Source of the DNA: Podarcis cretensis
Lineage: Eukaryota
Assembly: GCA_951804945.1 (NCBI GenBank)
Contig: OX638153.1
Span: 98,952,001-99,016,000 of the forward strand
Reading direction: 5' to 3'
DNA: 64,000 nucleotides
Under the pieces are notes generated by a model. It did not search any database, was not told where the DNA came from, and saw only the letters and a list, made by a program, of their open reading frames with translations. Below, piece after piece: positions 1 through 11,700 of the stretch (positions within the stretch are counted from its first letter, which is position 1; each line of letters begins with the position of its first letter). A program made the position numbers and the translations under genes.

Positions 1-265
1 AACTATGGAACTCACTGCCACAGGAGGCAGTGATGGCCACCAACTTGGATGGCTTCAAAAGAGGATTAGACAAATTAATGGAGGATAAGGTCATCAGTGA
101 CTGCTAACCCTGATGACTATGTTCTATTTGCTAGGAATTTTAGTTGGGGAGTGTGCTGTCATGCTCCCATTCTGCTTCCAGGCTATCCTTGGATATCTCA
201 TTGGCTGCTTATGAGGACAGTCCTGGACTAGATGGGCCATTGACCTAATTGAGTAGGGCTTCTTA
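1..265 (+). mobile_element. CR1-type LINE 3' fragment (degenerate)
   Basis: ggaactcactgccacaggaggcagtgatggccaccaacttggatggcttcaaaagaggattagacaaa is a typical CR1 ORF2 end, followed by a ctggactagatgg 3'UTR motif; boundaries approximate. Confidence 0.65.
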
Positions 266-1266
266 CACAGAACTCTTTATCAGACTGCATGTTTTAATTT
301 TTTGTAAAGGAGGGGGAAAACACTTTGTTGGGGCCAAACAAGATTCATGCTAGTAAGTAAAGAACCATGCTTTATTTCACTTTAAAAAACAAAGCAAAGC
401 TGATTGTTGGAATCTAGCTTGAAGAAGAGTTCTGTAGAACTTTAAAACTCCCACATGTCTCCCATATGATGTGAAGTTCACTGGGTATGTAGATGACAGG
501 GCAGCCACTGAGGCCCATTGCAAAAGAACATCAGTCACATAAATATTTAGTTTATTTGCAACTCTTTTGGGGGGCAGAAATCATGTTGCTTATTTACTGT
601 TGTACATTTTAACATCTATATAATGTCCAATATGTGTTTAATGGAGTTTCTGCATACTGCACAGCAACCACTATTTTCCTGTGGAAATCTCACGCCATTA
701 ACAATAAATTGTGCAGACCAGAATATTTTGCTTCTGGTAGCTGAGTTGTCAAAGAACTTGACTTTCATGGGGAGGGGTGAAGTCACTAAAGGAGTGTGCA
801 AAAGATACTTTGAACATATATTTCTGCCCTACCTAGAGTCAGATAACTGATTCATTGGTCCATCATTGTCTGTTCTGATTGGCATCAGGTTTCCCAGATC
901 TCAAACTGGGGTTATTTCAAGCCCTGCAGGCTGAGATTGTTTAACTGGAGATAATAGCAATTGCAAAGCATATGCCTAACCCCTGAATTGTGGGGTCTTC
1001 CAATTTGGATCAGTGGAATTTAGGAACAGGGATTAGGACCAGGCAATAATAGATATGAGGAACTAGCAAAGGGTTTGTGTGTACGTGGGTGGGAAGTAAT
1101 ATCAAAGGGTATTCTTTCGCTGCTCAGTGGAAATTCAGTCTCATCATCTGACTTTTACTAGATACTTTTCTTTTCATGCTTTTCTGCATGTTTAAGGACT
1201 AGAAACTTGCTATCTTAATCATTCAATGGAACACAAGAAGACACAGAAGGGTAGAAATTTGGTGTA

Positions 1267-1492
1267 CAGTGGTACCTCTGGTTACGTACTTAATTTGTTC
1301 CAGAGGTCCGTTCTTAACCTGAAACTGTTCTTAACCTGAAGCACCACTTTAGCTAATGGGGCCTCCCGCTGCTGCCGCGCCGCTGTTGCAAAATTTCTGT
1401 TCCCATCCTGAAGCAAAGTTCTTAACCCGAGGTAGTATTTCTGGGTTAGCGGAGTCTATAACCTGAAGCATATGTAACCCGAGGTACCACTG
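1267..1492. mobile_element. Tc1/mariner-type MITE
   Basis: TIRs cagtggtacctc(t/g)ggttac at both ends (18/19 match), TA target duplication on both sides. Confidence 0.88.
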
Positions 1493-2841
1493 TACTCTGA
1501 CTTGGGCAACTTGTTGAAAAGGCACCATTAAAAAAAACCTTTATGGACAACCTCAGGGTAGTCTCTGTTAGGATCTCCTGCATTAAGCAAGGTTGGTGAT
1601 CAGTAGAGTATGTGTGTGGAATATTTCTGAGAGATAGAAGATTGATTTGGGAAAGAGCAGACTTACGTTGCAAGGTATGAATATAGCTTTTAGTGAAAAC
1701 TGTCTTCTCAGAATTTAAGAGAAAAAAGCAGGCCAATAGGGTGTCAGCTTTTGAGTAATACAGAACACTATGAAGCACTTTCAATGGCTGTGATTGTTTC
1801 TCTCCCCGCCCTGACACCTGCGTGTCAAAGGTATACACTAAAATGTAAAGCGCTCCTAAATCTTGATAAAAGAGATAAGGGTTTAGTCATTTTCAACAGG
1901 TGCCTAATTAAAACTTTGCTCTAGAGTTATGTGTAACTCAAAATTTTGCACAGGGCTACAGGCCAACAGAAGGCAGGCCCATCAAAGGCTGCTGTTATGT
2001 TACCTAGTTTGGCTGGTCATTCGTGCATTTCAGGGACAAGGGGGTGGGGCAGAGCTGGGCCTTCCTCCCTTGAAACCCACCTGCTTTGCATTGCTAAGCT
2101 TGATGACTTTTATATCTACCCTCCATGACACCAATGCTGTCAAGCTCTGGCATAATCTGTGCAGGTGAAGACAGACGTCAGAACTTGTTTGTACAGAGAC
2201 CTTTTGCATCTATGTTAGCTCAATTTAGACAATTTACAATGCAATATTCATTGTTTACATAGAATTATGCCCTGTTGAGTTCAGTGACGCTTACTCCTGG
2301 ATCAGTTAAGTGTAAAAAGAATTGCAGCTTTAGTGACTAGTTTGGATTTTTTCCTATCTCTAAATCATAAACCTAGCCAATTTATCCAATTTATAGATAA
2401 ACCTAATGCATGCCTCTTGCGTACTTCAGGTGTGTGAAATATTTTAATTGTTTTAAGATAATTTGTATCCTTCCTTACCATTTTTTTTAAACGGGGGAAC
2501 CATGGCATGCTCTCCTCCCAGAACTGCAGCTGGCACCGACATCATTCAGTACTAGCTAAATACCTATCTCTTCATCTGGGCCAATTAGTGGCAATAGGGG
2601 TGAAATATTGAGGCCAGCAGGATATAAAATATATTTTAAAAGCATAGGAGGTGTTGAATAACTCTTTCATTAAAACAAGTAAAAAAACCTCCCAAAACAA
2701 GTGAAAGTAAAAAAGGTGTAAAAGGCAGCATGTCAGACTAAAAACCAGTCAGCATAATAGCTAGCATATAGGTGAGTGGAAAACTTGCTTAAATAGTCTA
2801 AACTAGGCAGCACAAAGTACAAAGATGTACAGCACAAAGTA

Positions 2842-3059
2842 CAAAGGAGAGGCTCTTCTCTGTGTTCCAACACAGGCCAAGGTAAAATTCCTGGGGATGT
2901 TCAACAGGGCCTTTTCTGTGGCCATGCCACACTTAAGAAAACCATCAGTCTGGTTTCTGTGCCTGCAAAGTGGGCATGGCCACAGAAAAGGCCCTGTTGA
3001 ACATCCCCAGGAATTTTACCTTGGCCTGTGTTGGAACACAGAGAAGAGCCTCTCCTTTG
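2842..3059. repeat. Perfect inverted duplication, 87-bp arms (2842-2928 / 2973-3059), 44-bp spacer
   Basis: Arms are exact reverse complements; the ORF track shows the same peptide (KGEALLCVPTQAKVKFLGMFNRAFSVAMP) on both strands. Confidence 0.95.
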
Positions 3060-4580
3060 GAGTGTAGGAAGGATGTTACGGAAGGTGGCCATCTTTCATA
3101 GAACAGGGGTGACAATTCCCTACATGAGTTGGAAGGGACCATGAGGGTCATCTAGTCCAACCCCCTACAATGCAGTAAGCATCACCCAACATGGGGCTTG
3201 ATTCTAGACCTTTCCCGGTTCTTTATCATGAAGACGATGCTATCGATGACTGATTTGTGAACTTTTGCCCTGCATCTTTTCATGCCCATGACTGAGAGAA
3301 GCCCTATGCGAATATGAAAACTGTCCTACTCTAGTAATGTTCTTCCAAACCAACATTTTTGAAATAGTGGCATGACAATGATTGCTATTAATGATGGCAA
3401 AATGCATCCTCCAGGTTCAGATGCTGCATACCTTCAAATTCCAGCTGCTGGAGAACAAGAGCAAGAGATAGCTGTGGCCAGCGTGTCCCTGCTGGAGGGC
3501 TTCCTGTAGGCATCTGGTTGGCCAATGTGGGAAATGGGATGCTGGGCTAGATAACTAGGTCTGATAAGTTGCCCATCTCATAAGGAAAGGACCCTGTTCA
3601 CCCACTCCCTCCTTGCTTCAGCTCCTGTCCTGTTGCAAAGACTGTGATAGTTAATAACATCAGGGTTTTATTAAGGTGAAAGTTGCCCTAATGTGTGACT
3701 GTGGCCACAGCCATTGTGCATGCTGGTTTACGGTTTGTTTTCTCCCAGTCTGTCAGCTCTCTCTTTCCCCACGCCAATTTGGCTGGAAGGAAAGTGAGCT
3801 GATTGTGAGTCATCTGTCAACTTAGATCATTGCCTTAAGATTTAGTTTCCATTTCCCAGGAGAACCAGCTTTATGGGAGGAATAGGCTTGATGGTATAAG
3901 CCAATTTGCTGCTTGTTGTCTTGGAAACCAAACTCTTGCATTCAAAAAGGTTTGTGTTTAAGTCTCCGCTTTTCAGGCAACCTTTTCAAGTTGGGAGACA
4001 AGCAGGAACGGCCCTTTCAGAGTTCCTGGTGGGTGTCCCTCAATAGCAACTTTTGGATGAGAGTCCTTTTCAGAAACAATTAAGTGAACCAAAAAGGATA
4101 ATGTTATTTTTCTCTGCAAAAATAGCCGTAGGCCTTGGGAAGTTCTGGATGTGGACTTGGTCTGTATGTCCTGACTTTGTGTATCCCACACATTGCAGGC
4201 ATCAAGAACATAAGATTACTGCTGGATCAGACCAAAGGCCCATCTTTCCAGCATCCAGTTCTCACAGTTGCCAGCCAGATGGCTGTGGGCTCCCTGCAAG
4301 CAGAACCCTACACCAACAGGGCTGTCCCCTCCAGCCATTTCCAGGCTCCTCTTCTTATCCCTCTTGCTCTGAAATGCAGCTTATGGGGCACATGATTGTG
4401 TTTTCTCATCTGCAGCAGCCAGACGTTGGCACAGTGAATTCCAAGGACTTCGGTGCTCTTCATACATGAACACATTTGGACAGCAAGTGACAACTGTTTT
4501 GCTTGAACACACATTTCTGTGTGTATTGTTCATTTCTGTGCCATCTCTGTGCGTATTGTTTTGCTGCTGAGGTTGCTTCT

Positions 4581-4621
<41 letters not shown>
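4581..4621. repeat. (GTT)n microsatellite
   Basis: seen directly. Confidence 0.95.
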
Positions 4622-4622
<1 letters not shown>

Positions 4623-5309
4623 TCCTGGTTTGTAAGTCATTCTGGGAACTCAATTTGGGTGGAAGATGCAGGGTAGCAATGGTTTCATAAATACAGAGAA
4701 CATTAAATACAATTTTGGCTCAGTGAGGCATTGGATGCCTTCTTGAAAAAGCAAAAAATAAATTTAAAAAATGGCATTCCAGTGTAGTAGAGTGACTCAT
4801 TTGTAGGAATGTGACAGATCTGTTGCTGTTCTTTAAGCCAGCTTTGCAAGGACTTGCTGAGGAAGCGATTCTCTCCCCCACCCCACCCCACCCCCCGCCA
4901 CTCTTCTCCCTTCTCTTGCTGCCCTGCCCTGATTCGTCACCATTTGTCCTGGGCTCTCGGGCTGATAATTGCCAGCTCAGTATTTGAACACATATTGGTA
5001 GCAGTAATTGGAACACAGCAGCTCTCTTGTAAGGAAGTTCAGGTGTTCCAAGGGAGAGTGGCTGAGATCATTCTGCATAAAGCTCGTGTATGGCAGAAAT
5101 GTGCACAGCCAGCCCAGAACTGTGGTTGTGAGCATTTGGACTCCAAACTTACCTCCTGTTCCTACAGTTTATCCCTGTTGTGGCCATGTGTGTTTTTTTT
5201 TTTTTGGGGGGGGGGGAGAAAGAGAACACTGTTAAGGAAGTCATAAGAGTATGGCATTTGTAGATAAGAGACTGATTCAAAAGCAATTCCTATCTGCCAT
5301 AAGAAAGTA

Positions 5310-5629
5310 CAGTGGTGCCCCGCAAGACGAATGCCTCGCAAGACGGAAAACTCGCTAGACGAAAGAGTTTTCCGTTTTGGAGGTGCTTTGCAAAACGAAT
5401 TTCCTATGGGCTTGCTTCGCAAGACGAAAATGTCTTGCGAGTTCCTGCAGGGTTTTTTTCCTCCCCCCCACTTTTTCTAAGCCGCTTATCTGCTAAGCCG
5501 CTAAAAGCCGCTAAACCGCTAATAATGCTAATCCGCTAAGCCATCAATGGGCTTGCTTCGCAAGACGAAAAAACCGCTAGACGAAGAGACTCGCGGAACG
5601 GATTCTTTTCGTCTTGCGAGGCACCACTG
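5310..5629. mobile_element. Tc1/mariner-type MITE with internal cgcaagacgaa repeats
   Basis: TIRs cagtggtgcc(c/t)cgcaagacgaa, TA TSDs at 5308-5309 and 5630-5631. Confidence 0.88.
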
Positions 5630-8061
5630 TAGCAAATTACCAGAGTGCTTCATTCATGTCATTCAGGATGTGGTAGAGTCTGCATAAGCTTTTACCACAA
5701 CACGCTCTTGCAATTTTTAAATAGCTCTGCAGGGAAGACATGATCTCTTCCCTGTGGTTGAGTTTTTACTCTGATTTTCATTAGCCTGAGACTTGACAAT
5801 CCTTGGACTTTACGACAATAATACATATAGAAGGTTAGTAGTAATATGATATGTTACTGCCATCAGGAACTGGGCTTTGCAATTTTTTGATATGACGATT
5901 AAATTACAGCTTTATTACATATAATGTTATGTTACTTTACAGCCTTTTACATGTGTGCTGTGGTGTTATGAGCATTCATAAAAGCAATGAACAAATGCAG
6001 CTCCTGTCCTAGGGCAGCCTTCTGGGGGTTTTTGGGGCTTCGGTTGGGTTTTTTGTGTGTGTCCAGGGGTGTCCAGTTCTATTCTTAATATGCAAGGCAG
6101 GTTCTCTGGTGCAGACAAAAACAGGAGGAGGCTTCTAAATATAATCCTAGCTCAGAGCCTGAGAGTCCTTTTTTCTGTTCTCTGGCTTACAAAGCCCTCG
6201 AGCCTAAACTCCACCACCCTCAGTTGCCCCAAAGCTCCCTGCTTCGTTTAAACACTTTTGGTCCCCTGTCTGGGGCACCCTCCCAGAACACCATACATGG
6301 CATGACCTCTCACTCTTGTTTCCTGCCCCCTAGTTTCCATTACTGAATTTGCTTGAGTCCTCACCCCAATTTAATGTAATGGTATTTGTGTATTTGAAAT
6401 GCTGGCCTTCTACCCAACAGCGGTATCTACTCACATAAGACTAAAAAACAATTAAAACACAAAGAGCGCAGTGCAAACCAAGCAGTGGAAGAAAAAAAAA
6501 CACGTTCGTTTCATGTTACTTTTGCCGCTACCCCTCCCCTTTCTGCTCTGCTGTCATAGAATATAAGCTGCTTGGAGAAGTGATTCACCACCACTCTTGC
6601 TTATCTTCCGTTGTAAGATAGCTGTGGCCGTTTTTGGACCAAAATAATAATAATTTATTTATTTAAGGGTGTTTATTAACTGCTTATTAGGCGCACTTAA
6701 GTGGTTTACATAATATTCTTATCACAATCAGCAGATTTTTGTAAAAAGTTATGATAAGAGGAAAAGGCAATTACCGGTACTGTAGTTCGTTTTAGAAGAT
6801 GCTACTGCTTCTCACTCCGCCCCCCCACCCAAGGCAAACATGGTCCTTGCGATGCTCCTGTAGTAGGAAGCCACTAGGAGAGCTGGATGGTGGTACACCT
6901 CCAAGCTTTTCCCCACTCCCCATAGCTTGGCCACTGTGGTCCTGGCACTGGTAACCTCTGGAATGATTTACTGCAGTGTGTTTTATGTGGGGCTTCCCTT
7001 GGGCTTAGTCCACAAGCTGGTGCAGACTGCAGCAGGTTGGTTGCTGCTTGGCCCACCCTGTTGACGCCACTCCTGCTGAGGGAACTGAAATGGCAGCCAA
7101 TATGTTACTGGGCACAGTTCAGTGCTCTGCTTTTAGCATTTAAAGCCATAAATAACTTGGTGCCAGCTTGCTTGAGGGTCTGCCTCACCCTCTATTTCAG
7201 CAAGTGCACTTCTCACATGGGCACTGCTGAGAGTATCTCCTGCCATGGAGGTATACTTAGTAAGTATTGGAAAGAGGGCTTTTAGTGTTGCAGCTCCAGC
7301 CTTCTAGAATTGGTTGCCTACTGTGTTTAAGCAAGCATCTAGCACCTTGATATTTAGGCATTTATTGAAGACCTTTTTTTAAAAAAAATCTTTCCTTGAA
7401 GTGGGAGCCTGTCATTTTATGGAATCTTAACAGTACAAATAAGGAACTGGTTTTACTGTGTTCATTGAGTCTGTGTTAGTATTTTAATCTCTTTGTTATC
7501 TTGCTGTACACCACCTTTGTAGCTTTTGGCTATGAATCAGTTTATAGATCTGCAAATAAAATAAAAATCATCCTTTGTAAAGCACCATGTACACAGATGG
7601 TTATACGTAACCAGTAAATAATATAATAATCAAGTTCTTAAATGGCCTCTCTGTATTGCAGCTCTTGTATTATTATTTAAAAGTAAGATCCTCATCAGTT
7701 TTAGGATGCACTCGGTGAAATTTTCTCCCATGGTGGTTCTAAAGTTCTGATGAATGGGAACCAAAGATCCATCTTGCATTTCATTCATGTCTCCAGGAAA
7801 TACAGAAACAGGTCATGAAGGCTTGGGCCTCCCTGCACAGCAGCAAGTATTCAGAGATAGACTGCCTCTGAACCTGAAGGTTCTGTTTAGCTATTACGGC
7901 TATTAGCCGTTGACAGCCCAAAGCTCTGTGAATCTGGCTACTTCCTCTTTAAAACTACTTGCCACTGCCACTTATGGGAGCGAATTCTATAAGTTAATTA
8001 TGTGCTGTGTGAAGAAGTGCTTGTTTCTGACTCTCCTGAATCTCTTACCTGTCAATGGGTA

Positions 8062-8215
8062 TGGGGATAGCTCAGTTGGTAGAGCATCTTTCGCCCAATG
8101 TGGGGCTCGAATCTCAGGGCTCTGGGTTTGAGCCCCACATTGGGTGAAAGATTCCTGCATTGCAAGGAATTGGACTAGATGATCCTCGTGACCCCTTCAA
8201 ACTCTATGAATCTGT
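8062..8215 (+). mobile_element. tRNA-derived SINE with CR1-like 3' tail
   Basis: A-box gatagctcagttggtagagc, B-box-like gggtttgagccc, tail ttggactagatgatcctc...aactctatga. Confidence 0.7.
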
Positions 8216-8612
8216 GTGAGAGACGTTGATGATTCTATCCTGCTCTACCTCCCAAAGGAATTTCTGTGTCTGCTTTTCTCTAGACCATGATAAGTTTATA
8301 ATTCATAATTTACCCTTTTAAGCGTTCTTTCTTTAAAAAAGAAGAAATGCTGTTAAAGTGTGGCTGTCACAAGGGAAAATGCTTGGGAGGAAGCTCTCCT
8401 ACCAGGACTGCAGCAGAGGAGCTGTCGCGCCATCTGTCCTGGCATAAGTAGTTGCATTGGAACAGCATGGATGGGGTTTCTGTTGAACTTGAACTGGTGA
8501 CACCACATCCTGCTTATGTTACTGTTTTTCCACAATGATGACATTGTAAAGGGTCACAAAGCAGCGAGGAAATTTTGCCTGCGCAACAGAACTGATGGTC
8601 TGCATTTTTCAG

Positions 8613-8766
8613 GAAGGAGCACTGGAAGTTGCTGGGCAACCTGAAGACGACAGTGGAAGGTTTGGTGTCTATAAACAATCCCAACGTCTGGTCTAAGTAT
8701 GGTGGCTTGGAGCGACTCTGCAGGGACATGCACAGCATTCTGTATCATGGGCTCATTCCAGACAAG
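8613..8766 (+). CDS. RUBCN: RUBCN coding exon (RUN domain start, [16 protein letters not shown]...HGLIPDK)
   Basis: tttttcag acceptor, AAG|gtaggc donor; phase 2 to 0. Confidence 0.95.
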
Positions 8767-11700
8767 GTAGGCTTTCTCGGTTTTCTCTGGAGTTTATGCT
8801 CTTATTTCTGCTTTAGCAGGTGGTTATCTGGACTGGTGTTCACCTGGGACAGCCATAAAACGGATCCCTTAATCATCTTGTCTAAAATCTGACCTAGATG
8901 TCATGTCTTGGACGAGAATAGATAAGAATGTTAGTAGTCGGGTTGCATCCACAGAACAAGATGCTAAGGAAGACGTGAGGCAAGACTGAGACCTGGGCCA
9001 ACTAGTGTTTGTTTTTGTAAAAAAGAAAAAAAGGGGGGGGCAGGTATAGTAGAGCTGTGATCCAAGAGTTAGTTGGATCATATTTCCTTTCCTAGGTGAC
9101 CTTAGGCAAGCCCTTTTGTCTCCCCATCTGCAGTCATTTTCAGTGTTCAGTCCTTCCTGTCTCCAGGGTGATAGCTCCTGCTTTTCCTGAAGAAATAGGT
9201 TGTCTCTGAACTGGAAGGTTTTGTTCTCTTCACACTGTTCATGATTTTACGAAGCTCCATCATGCCACCCCTGCACATTCATACACATTTTTTAGAGTAG
9301 TGGTACTTCTGAGCATGCACATAAGAACACCAGGCCAATGGTCCACCTAGTCCAGCATCCTGTTCTCACAGTGGCTGACCAGATGCCTGTGGGAAACCTG
9401 CAAGCAGGACATGAGCACAACGGCACTCTGCCCACCTGTGATTCCCAGCAGCTGCTAATCAAGGCATGTTGCCTCTCGTGGTGGAGGTGGAATATAGCCA
9501 TTGTGGCATTGATAGCCTTGTCCTCTATGAATTGGTCTAGTCCTCTAGTCTAGACATCCAGTTCCCTAGCCGTGCTGCCATTAAATGTCGAACAGCATTA
9601 ATACCTTCCCTCCTGCAACAACCAACAGTTTCTTCTGCCACTGTAGTTGCAAGAATAAATCATTAACTTGCCTTTATCATCTTGTGGAATGGAATATTGT
9701 CCTTTTGAGATCATAATTAGTAATAATCTGTTCTGTAGGGCTTTTGCAGTCCTCCAGAGATAAAATCAGGCTGTTGGTTGCAATACAGGCAACTACTCCC
9801 GTTTTGTGCGGGGTTTGCATTCCTGACCCTTGCACGCATTGGTGGAGCTTGTGTAAGTGCTCTCCTCCCTGTTACGCCCCTGCCCTGTTATGCCCCCGAC
9901 CTGCCCCTTTTTCCGGGCACTTCTAGGTTGTGGCGATGCATATGTGCACAGTCGAACATATTTTGAACATGCACAGAACAATCATTGCTTGTAGTGGATA
10001 AGCTGTAACCAAAGTTACTAGTGAACAGTGCATTTTCTCCATAGAGAGAAGAAATCAACATCTTGGGAATTTTGGCACAGTTAAATAAGAGCACGAATGC
10101 AGACACCTTAAGGTTCCTACATCCATGCAAAATCTGGTATCTTGAAAGCCTTGGTATTGCCGCTTCAAAAATACACTGATTCTTATTTGGTTCAGTGTTA
10201 TATTAATGTTGGCTGCTCTAGAAAACGTGTTCTTGTTTATAAAACTGTAGCTGTCAGGAGGTGTGGTGTGGTGTTTGCTTGGGCCTTCCTGTCTAACCTA
10301 ATTTAGTTCCATTTGTATTTGCACCAGTCATTGTCTGCTCCATCCACACAGCTGCTCTTAAGGTATCTTAGCCCCCTTGATAATTTTAATCAGAAAGACA
10401 GGATATAACTGTTCCCGCTTTAAAAATATATAATTTGTTGCCTGGGAAAGGTTGAGCCATAACAATGTAATTAAGATGTTATATTCTTGGGCAAGGTTCT
10501 TGAGCAGGTAGTCACAGACCAGATCCAGACGCTGTTGGAGGAAGTGGGTATTTTTAGATCCATTTCAATCGGGTTTTAGGCCCGGTTTGGGCACAAAACT
10601 GCTTTGGTCACCCTGTATGACTTCTGTTAAGAGGAAAACAGGGGAAATGTGTACCCATTAATTCGCCTCAACCTCTCAGCGGCTTTCCATCATGGTGTCC
10701 TTCTGGAGTGACTGTCCAAGTTAGGGTAGGTGGCACTACTTTTTGGTATTTCCAGTCCTATTTAGACGGTCATTTCCGGAGGGTGATAACTGGGGAATGC
10801 TCTTCAGCCTTGTGGAGCTTTCAGTGTGGGGTTCCTCAGGGTTCAGTTTTATCCCATATGCTCAGTGAGGTCATCCAGAGTTTCTGAGTACATTGTCCGC
10901 AATATGCTGATGGCACAACAGTTACTCTTGCCTCAAGCCTTTGTAGTTTTGTGAGTGTTGGTGTGTATGTTTTCAAACAAACCATGGGTAAGGAAAACTA
11001 TTGAATTTACACGTAATGTTAAGCTATGTTTAAAACAAGCCAAGTTTCATAAGCCAGCAAAAACCCATGACTTCAAATCATTGGTTTTTGGCAGAAAATA
11101 ATAGGTAAGCTGCAGGGCAGGGTACACACATAACACTAAAGCATCGTTTGATAAACTATGATTTAGCATTATGTACCAACCAGGTGACTGATTTGCTAAA
11201 CCTGAATGCAGCACGTTCCAGATATCAGGAAGGCATTGAATTCTTGACTCTGTTCTTGTCTCACTTTTTGCAACTGCTTGAGAGAAGGAAGATGCAAATT
11301 AAGCTGTAACAGAGATTATTTTAGAAGTAGCACTTAAGACCACCTGACATGTTTTGGTCCGTAGTTCATAATTGACAGCGGTAAAGGAGTTAATTTCCTT
11401 CCCCTTTCTAAGCCTGCCTCTTAATGAATCTGGTCTCTGAGCACATATTGAGCTGGCACTGCCAGGGGAATTTTAACTCTATGTATTTCCTGGGCAGGTG
11501 TGTTGCAGGCAGAGGGATTATTGGCAGTTTGTGAAGGACCTCCGCTGGCTGAGCCCACATGCTGCCCATCACATTGAAAAGGTGAGCTCATGTTTTGGGG
11601 AAAGAAGATCTTGGTTTTGCCAGGGGGTGGGGGACAAGTTTGTTGAGGTGAGAAGAAGTCACTTGCCTCTTTGTTGTTTTTAACCTTTACGGAAGGTCTG

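Noticed and set aside
415-452. Hammerhead ribozyme (ttgaagaagagttctgtagaactttaaaact)
   Set aside because: It resembles a Penelope-type core with a stem II, but both CUGA and GAAA are mutated; at best an inactive remnant.
5310-5629. CRISPR-like repeated cgcaagacgaa units
   Set aside because: Irregular spacing, bounded by TIRs and TA TSDs: internal repeats of a MITE in a vertebrate genome.
8062-8140. tRNA gene
   Set aside because: A/B boxes are present, but the cloverleaf is broken and the sequence runs into a CR1-like tail, so it is a SINE head. The same applies to 19130-19200, 26683-26760 and 52840-52918.
1-8612. RUBCN first coding exon/promoter
   Set aside because: No CpG-island-like region or convincing ATG exon ending in phase 2 was seen; it probably lies upstream of the window.
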